A DNA stretch of 64,000 nt from an uncultured Actinomycetes bacterium. GTDB lineage: Bacteria > Actinomycetota > UBA4738 > HRBIN12. The notes beneath the pieces were generated by a model. It ran no database searches and was not told the origin of the DNA. It saw only the letters and a program-made list of their open reading frames with translations. The number at the start of each line of letters is the position of its first letter. The stretch's first letter is position 1. Positions 58,875 through 64,000 of this stretch are shown piece by piece. The position numbers were made by a program, and so were the translations under genes. The stretch is taken from the NCBI GenBank assembly GCA_963716935.1, contig CAVQUN010000005.1, positions 384,864-448,863 of the forward strand, read 5' to 3'.

Positions 58875-60061
58875 GTCTGGGCGTAGACGTCACGGCGTGG
58901 GATGTACGACTCGGGGTTCGATCTCGGCGGCTCCAGAACCGACAGGTCGTCGAGGCTGAACGCGTCGATGATGTCCTGCGGGATCGCCGAGAGGTCGACG
59001 GTCGTGTTCGCGTGTCCGTAGTAGTACCAACCGAGCAGGAACGCCGCCGACCGCGCGCTCGACCACGAGTTCACGTACTCGTGCGCGTGGTAGTAGTTGG
59101 CGGAGTCGGCGAACAGGCCGAAGCCGCACGACCAGGAGATCCGACCCTCCTTCGGCTCCATGTACACGACGTCCAGGCCCGCGGTCTTCGCCACCCCCAC
59201 CGTGTCGGGCCACGCGTAGGCGATCCACACCTCGTTGCGCGTGAATGCGTTCTGCAGATCGATGGACTGGTCCCACATGAAGTTCACGAGGTGCTTCTTC
59301 GAGATGAGGAAGTCACGCTCGCTCGCGAGCTCCGCGTCGGTCATGTTCCAGGGGTCGGCGACCTCGTGCAGGTAGGCGGAGATGACCAGCATCTCGAGGG
59401 TGTTGATCCACGAGATCTTGCCCTCGTAGCGATCGTCGAAGAAGATGCTCCATGAGTCCTCCGCCGGTTCGACCAGGTCCGCCCGGTACAACGGCGCGAT
59501 GAAGCCCCAGTCCTCCACGATGTAGTACTGCTTCCCGTCGAGCTGCCCGAACTTCTGCAGCGTCGGGTTGAGCTGGGGGAAGTTCGAGATGAGCGACGTG
59601 TCCCACGGCTGGACCGCGCCGAGGTCGAGATAGTCCTGGAACCGGTAGGCGCAGGGGTGGAGCACGTCGTAGCGGGCGCCGGCGGCCACCTTCGTGAAGC
59701 CGATATCGTCGTTCTCGAACAGGATGAACTGCGGCGTATCGCCGGTCGCGTCGACGTACTGCTGCCAGAACGCGTTGCGCTCCTTGTCCGGGTAGTAGGT
59801 GCCGTCGCCGTAGCCTCCCCAGTCGTAGACCTGCAGGCCGGCCGGCTCCTGCTCCATCGGCGGGTGCACGACGGCGCCGCTCGAGGTGCCGGTCGCGCCG
59901 GTGGTGCCACCACCCCCGCCTCCGCCGTTGCCCGTGTCGGCCTTCTTGCACGCGGCGAGGGCCGCAGCCCCGAGCGTCGAGAGCCCGGCCATCCGCATGA
60001 ATCCGCGTCGGTCCGTGCGTCGCGCCAACAGTCGTTCAAGGTCGAACCGGTCGAGATCCAT
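58850..60061 (-). CDS. ABC transporter substrate-binding lipoprotein, PotD/PotF-like (extracellular solute-binding family 1), Tat signal
   Basis: ATG 60061. Twin-arginine motif RRGFMRMAG, lipobox AALAAC, Gly-rich linker, then a PotD-like fold. Confidence 0.8.
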   Translation of the reverse strand: MDLDRFDLERLLARRTDRRGFMRMAGLSTLGAAALAACKKADTGNGGGGGGGTTGATGTSSGAVVHPPMEQEPAGLQVYDWGGYGDGTYYPDKERNAFWQQYVDATGDTPQFILFENDDIGFTKVAAGARYDVLHPCAYRFQDYLDLGAVQPWDTSLISNFPQLNPTLQKFGQLDGKQYYIVEDWGFIAPLYRADLVEPAEDSWSIFFDDRYEGKISWINTLEMLVISAYLHEVADPWNMTDAELASERDFLISKKHLVNFMWDQSIDLQNAFTRNEVWIAYAWPDTVGVAKTAGLDVVYMEPKEGRISWSCGFGLFADSANYYHAHEYVNSWSSARSAAFLLGWYYYGHANTTVDLSAIPQDIIDAFSLDDLSVLEPPRSNPESYIPRRDVYAQTWAEVSAA

Positions 60062-60155
60062 CGCGCCCCCCCTCGTGCGAAACCGCTCTCGCAAGCTCGC
60101 GCGTATCATGCGCCCGACCGCCCGAACGGTCCACTCCCCTCGAAAGGCAATCGCG

Positions 60156-60725
60156 ATGAGGGCTCGGGTCGCGCTCGTGATCGCCGTGTTCGTGCTGGCC
60201 GCCTGCGGGCGGAACGCCGTCGCCCCGAGCGCGCCCTCGCTTCCGCTCCCAGCCGAGGACGCCGTCGCCGGGCTCCGGCCGCTCTCCGCGACGGAGCTCG
60301 GGCCGCATGACGTCGCCGGCGACGCATTGGACGCGGGGCAGCTCGGAACGCTGCTCGCCGACGCCGGCTTCGAGTCGGCCGTCGGGCGCTCGTACTCGCG
60401 ACCGCGGGGGCCCGTTCGCCGCGTCGATGTCCGCGTCGTCCGATTCGCGACCGACGCCGGCGCCGAGCGCTACCTCGCGTGGTTGAAGGACCATCCGGAC
60501 GACCTGATCGGCGCGGTCGACGTGCTCCCGGTCGCCCTTCCGTCGATCACGACGCTCTTCCTTCACCTCCCCGGCGGCTGCTGCCCGCACGACCAGTCGG
60601 CCGTGCTGGCGACGTGGCGAGACGGCCGCGACGTGATCCGGGTGATCGTGTCGGGCCCCGGAGCCGACGAGGGTACGGCGATCGACTACATCGCGTCGGT
60701 GGAGCGCTGGTGGGCGGCATCGTGA
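60156..60725 (+). CDS. Hypothetical lipoprotein
   Basis: ATG 60156. Signal peptide with lipobox VLAACG. No recognisable domain. Confidence 0.5.
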   Translation: MRARVALVIAVFVLAACGRNAVAPSAPSLPLPAEDAVAGLRPLSATELGPHDVAGDALDAGQLGTLLADAGFESAVGRSYSRPRGPVRRVDVRVVRFATDAGAERYLAWLKDHPDDLIGAVDVLPVALPSITTLFLHLPGGCCPHDQSAVLATWRDGRDVIRVIVSGPGADEGTAIDYIASVERWWAAS

Positions 60726-61549
60726 GGCTCGACGCGTTCGAGATCGTGGCCACGGGACTCGATCACCCCGAGGGCGTCGCCGTCGCGCCCGACGGAACCC
60801 TCGTGGCCGGCGGCGAGGCCGGACAGATCTATCGGATCGGATGGGACGGGAGCATCGAGGAGATCGCCTCCACCGGCGGCTTCATCTACGGCGTCGCGGT
60901 CGACGGCGCGGGCACCGTGTTCGCGTGCGACTACGGCAACGCCTGCGTCCAGCGGGTGACGTCGACCGGGAGCGTCGAGACGTTCTCGACGGGGACGTCG
61001 GAGCGGCCGATGCGCGTTCCGAACTTCGCGGCCTTCGACGCGGCCGGCTCCCTGTACGTCACCGACTCCGGCGAGTGGGGAGACGACGACGGGCTGGTGT
61101 ATCGCGTGTCGCGCGATGGCCGGACCGTCGTGTGGACGGCGGACGCGCCGAGGTTCCCGAATGGCTGCTGCATGGACGCCGACGGCGGGGCGCTGCTGGT
61201 GGTCGAGTCGCGCGGCCGCGTCGTCGTGCGGATCCCGGTCGAGGACGACGGTCGGGCGGGGACCCCTGCCGTGGTGGTGGACCTCACAGGATCGCAGCCG
61301 GACGGCGTCGCGCTCGCCGAGGACGGGAGCCTGTTCGTCGGGTGCTACCGGCCCGATCGCATCTGGCGGATCCACCCGGACGGTGAGGCGGACGTGTTCG
61401 CGGACGATCCGGACGGCGTCGTCCTCAACCAGCCGGCCAACGTCGCCTTCACCGACTCGCGTCTCGTCGTGTCGAGCCTCGGCGGATGGAGCCTGGTGGC
61501 GGCCGACGCCGGCGTTCGCGGCCTGCCGCTGCGCTATCCCGAGCCCTGA
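60722..61549 (+). CDS. SMP-30/gluconolactonase/LRE-family beta-propeller protein
   Basis: GTG 60722 in a GTGA overlap with the lipoprotein stop. Repeated blade motifs (PEGVAVAPDG, GVAVDGAG, PNGCCMDADG, PDGVALAEDG). Confidence 0.75.
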   Translation: MRLDAFEIVATGLDHPEGVAVAPDGTLVAGGEAGQIYRIGWDGSIEEIASTGGFIYGVAVDGAGTVFACDYGNACVQRVTSTGSVETFSTGTSERPMRVPNFAAFDAAGSLYVTDSGEWGDDDGLVYRVSRDGRTVVWTADAPRFPNGCCMDADGGALLVVESRGRVVVRIPVEDDGRAGTPAVVVDLTGSQPDGVALAEDGSLFVGCYRPDRIWRIHPDGEADVFADDPDGVVLNQPANVAFTDSRLVVSSLGGWSLVAADAGVRGLPLRYPEP

Positions 61550-61929
61550 TCGCGGTGGCGCTCGGCCGTGAGCGCGAGGTTGTTCCCATCCGGGTCCGCG
61601 AAGAACGCCATCCAGAGCTCGGAGTGGTCGTCACCGTGGACCAGGTGGGGAGGGGCCGCGAACTCGACGCCCCTCCCACGAAGCGTCTCGTACGCCTCGT
61701 CCAGATCGTCGACCGAGAAGTACAGCATCCCCCGCGAGCGATACTCCTCGGACTCGGGGACGCCCAGATACAGGCGGACGCCGCCGCAGTCGAAGAAGGC
61801 CATCGGCTGTCCCGGCACCTGGAACAGGAACGGGAGGCCGAGGACGTCGCGGTAGAACGCCACCGCGCGGTCGACGTCGGCGACGCTCACGTGGATCTGT
61901 CCGATCTTCCCGAGCCCCTCGAACGGCAC
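61534..61929 (-). CDS. VOC-family (glyoxalase/bleomycin-resistance/dioxygenase) protein
   Basis: Glyoxalase-fold beta-alpha-beta-beta-beta modules with metal-binding His/Glu positions (HVSVADVD...E...). Confidence 0.8.
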   Translation of the reverse strand: MPFEGLGKIGQIHVSVADVDRAVAFYRDVLGLPFLFQVPGQPMAFFDCGGVRLYLGVPESEEYRSRGMLYFSVDDLDEAYETLRGRGVEFAAPPHLVHGDDHSELWMAFFADPDGNNLALTAERHRDQGSG

Positions 61930-61972
61930 GCGAACCTCCCTTCGACGTGCCGAGATCGTACGCGGGAGGAGC

Positions 61973-62707
61973 TCAGCCCATTCGGCTGAACAGGAGCGCG
62001 ACGGCGAGCAGGGGAACGGCGAGCGACAGCCATCGGAGCGCTCCCTCGGGGGCGGCTCGGAGCGAAGCGGCGTCGACGGGCTCGCGGACGCCGCTTCGGA
62101 GCACGAGCTCGCCCCTGACCTCGCCGACGCCTCGTCGAAGCCGGCGCACCGGGGTCGAGAGCACGCGCTGGGCTGCGGACAGCCCCGCGCAGGCGACGGC
62201 GGCGAGCGCCGCCTCGACGCGGAGCGTTCCGGTCTGCGCGAGGTACGCGGTCAGGACGGGGAAGGCGCCCCACGCGACGGCGAACCAGCCGTCCGAGTGG
62301 AACGCGCCGCCGAACAGCTCGAGGTTGTACGCGACGACCAGGAAGGTGCCGACGACGATGGCGACCCAGATCCAGGGCGTGACCTCGCGCGCGCCGTCGA
62401 CGCCGAGGGCGATCGCGCCCGCGAGCCCCACCAGGGCGAGCGCCCGAAGCACGCCGTCCGGGATCCGGGTCTCGAGGGGCCGCCCGTGCAGCTCGTCGAG
62501 CGCGTGGGCCGCGACCCCCATCGCCAGCAGGAAGGCGAGCAGCGTCTCGATCAGCCATCGGCCGTTCACCGCCGGGGCGAGCGACGCGCCGATCACGACG
62601 TACGAGAGGTGCCAGAGGGTGTACGGCGGGTGGAGTAGCGTCCAGTAGTCGCGCCATCCACCGGAACGCAGGGCGTAGAAGGCGGGACGGTCGCCGGCGT
62701 CACTCAT
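61973..62707 (-). CDS. Hypothetical polytopic membrane protein
   Basis: Six to seven predicted TM helices. 8-nt overlap with the upstream methyltransferase gene. Confidence 0.5.
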   Translation of the reverse strand: MSDAGDRPAFYALRSGGWRDYWTLLHPPYTLWHLSYVVIGASLAPAVNGRWLIETLLAFLLAMGVAAHALDELHGRPLETRIPDGVLRALALVGLAGAIALGVDGAREVTPWIWVAIVVGTFLVVAYNLELFGGAFHSDGWFAVAWGAFPVLTAYLAQTGTLRVEAALAAVACAGLSAAQRVLSTPVRRLRRGVGEVRGELVLRSGVREPVDAASLRAAPEGALRWLSLAVPLLAVALLFSRMG

Positions 62708-63428
62708 CGGTGAGACGGTTCGCCTTGATCCCCCACGTCACCACGGCGGCCCCCATCGTCATCCGCTTCGTGCGGACCCGGTGGATCCCGGCCTCCTGCC
62801 ACATCCGCACCTGCACCGCGAGCGGATACCGCCGGTAGAACTCGGAGATGTTCGGACCGAGGAATCGCCCCGTTCGATACCAGGCGCTCGAAACCGCGCC
62901 GCCGATCAGCGGCATCACCCCGCGCGTGTAGGCGGACCACCCGGCGTGGAGCCAGGGGTCCTGGGGGACGTGGAACTCGAGCGCCGCCATAACGCCGCCC
63001 GGCCGAACCACGCGCGCGAGCTCCCGGAGGGTAGCGGCGGGATCCTCGACGTAGCGCAGGAGGTACGTGAACGTGAGGGCGTCGAAGGTCTCGTCGCCGA
63101 AGGGCAGGCACTCCGCCTGGCCGAGCACGAGCCGGACGCGATCCTGCATCCCCCTCGCCTCGAGCGCCTGCCGCCCGCGGCGGAGCATCGAGGGGCTCTG
63201 GTCGAGACCCACGACCCGCAGGTTCTTCCGCACGAGCTCGCGCGCGACGAGCCCCGTCCCGGTCGCGACGTCGAGCACCCAGGACCCGGGAATGGCGTTC
63301 ACGCGCGACACCAGGAAGCGTCGCCAGCGGGGGTCCTGGCCGAACGAGAGCACCGAGCCCATCCGGTCGTACTCGGGCGCGATCCCGGCGAACAGCGAGC
63401 GCGCGTGGCGCTTTCGTTCCGTCTCCAT
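62700..63428 (-). CDS. Class I SAM-dependent methyltransferase (UbiE/MenG-like)
   Basis: UbiE/COQ5-type motifs (VLDVATGTG, LPFGDETFDALTFTYLLRYV). Confidence 0.8.
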   Translation of the reverse strand: METERKRHARSLFAGIAPEYDRMGSVLSFGQDPRWRRFLVSRVNAIPGSWVLDVATGTGLVARELVRKNLRVVGLDQSPSMLRRGRQALEARGMQDRVRLVLGQAECLPFGDETFDALTFTYLLRYVEDPAATLRELARVVRPGGVMAALEFHVPQDPWLHAGWSAYTRGVMPLIGGAVSSAWYRTGRFLGPNISEFYRRYPLAVQVRMWQEAGIHRVRTKRMTMGAAVVTWGIKANRLTDE

Positions 63429-63440
63429 GGAGCCCCGAGC

Positions 63441-64000
63441 CTACGCCGAGGCAAGCAGGTTCGGGAGGTCGGCGATCGAATCGAGCACGACGTCGGGCCG
63501 GCGCTCCTCGCGCTCCAGGTCCGCGGCGCGAAACTTCCCCGTCCGCACGAGCACGCCCGCCAGGCCCGCGGCCTGGGCGCCCAGGACGTCGTTCACCACG
63601 TCGTCGCCGACCATCGCGGCCCGGGCGGCCGGGACGTCGATCTGCTCGAGCGCCGACGAGAAATACGCCTCGGCCGGCTTGCCGCACACGGTCGCGGTCT
63701 TCCCCGTGGCCTCCTCGAGCCCGGCGACGTAGGCCCCGCCGTCGAGCTGCCAGCCCTCCGCCGTGCGCCAGTAGAGGTTCCGATGCATCGCGACGAGCGC
63801 GGCACCGTCCATCAGCATCCGGAACGCCCGGTTCACCGTCGCGTAGTCGAATCCCTCGTACGCCCCGCCCAGCACGACGACGTCCGCGTCCTCGTCCACC
63901 AGCTCGACGCCCTCGAGATCGGCGCGCGCGTCGCCGTCCGAGAGCACGAACGTGCGGGCGTGCGGGTAGGTCGAACGCAGCACCGCGGCGGTGGCGACGA
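63441..64000 (-). CDS. HAD-superfamily hydrolase (HAD-IIA-like), 5' end beyond the window edge
   Basis: C-terminal HAD motifs III/IV (GKP...VGDD..ND). The reading frame is still open at position 64000, so the true start is outside the window. Confidence 0.6.
   Translation of the reverse strand, partial: VATAAVLRSTYPHARTFVLSDGDARADLEGVELVDEDADVVVLGGAYEGFDYATVNRAFRMLMDGAALVAMHRNLYWRTAEGWQLDGGAYVAGLEEATGKTATVCGKPAEAYFSSALEQIDVPAARAAMVGDDVVNDVLGAQAAGLAGVLVRTGKFRAADLEREERRPDVVLDSIADLPNLLASA

Overview
This is a 64 kb, very high-GC window (about 70% or more) with bacterial coding density of roughly 90%. Gene content points to Actinomycetota (F420-type luciferase-like oxidoreductase, Zur-ZnuACB, GlnA-like paralogues, a conserved Mg-chelatase-like AAA plus VWA pair). 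The six-frame track is dominated by long Arg/Ala/Gly-rich ORFs on both strands. These are GC artefacts. The real genes were picked by recognisable protein families, RBS placement and the frequent 4-nt GTGA/ATGA stop-start overlaps. I found no rRNA, tRNA, CRISPR array or transposase. In order, the window contains: a secreted phosphodiesterase-like protein; a DUF318 permease and TIGR03943 pair lying convergent to a zur-znuB-znuC-znuA zinc-uptake operon with a candidate Zur box; an F420 LLM oxidoreductase; a short MutY-like glycosylase; an acyl-CoA dehydrogenase; an MBOAT plus SGNH O-acyltransferase pair; a YciI/DGPF protein followed by an ECF-type sigma factor; TrpB2; zwf translationally coupled to an atypical Rieske-like protein; greA; an aldehyde dehydrogenase and an SDR; a GntR/UTRA-regulated polyol module (Zn-ADH, FGGY kinase, DhnA aldolase). 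The most striking part is a roughly 17 kb island (27.1-44.2 kb) packed with gamma-glutamylation chemistry. It holds four glutamine-synthetase-like paralogues, three class-I glutamine-amidotransferase/C26 hydrolases (one fused to a GrpB domain), two class-III aminotransferases, an Amidohydro_2 protein, a C45 Ntn-hydrolase/acyltransferase and two APC-type permeases (one ethanolamine-permease-like), followed by a peptide/opine-type ABC importer. This resembles the puu/pau and GlnA2-4 polyamine and ethanolamine gamma-glutamylation pathways, but with extra, unusual components. Three reading-frame anomalies fall in or near it: a GntR regulator broken at a C6 tract, one aminotransferase with a +1 shift, and a sigma factor whose conserved N-terminus lies upstream of any canonical start. 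They could be assembly errors or genuine decay. The rest of the window holds a CoA-transferase plus methyltransferase pair, a Mg-chelatase-like AAA/VWA pair, a PotDBC-like importer without an ATPase, an SMP-30 protein, a VOC protein, a UbiE-like methyltransferase and a truncated HAD hydrolase.
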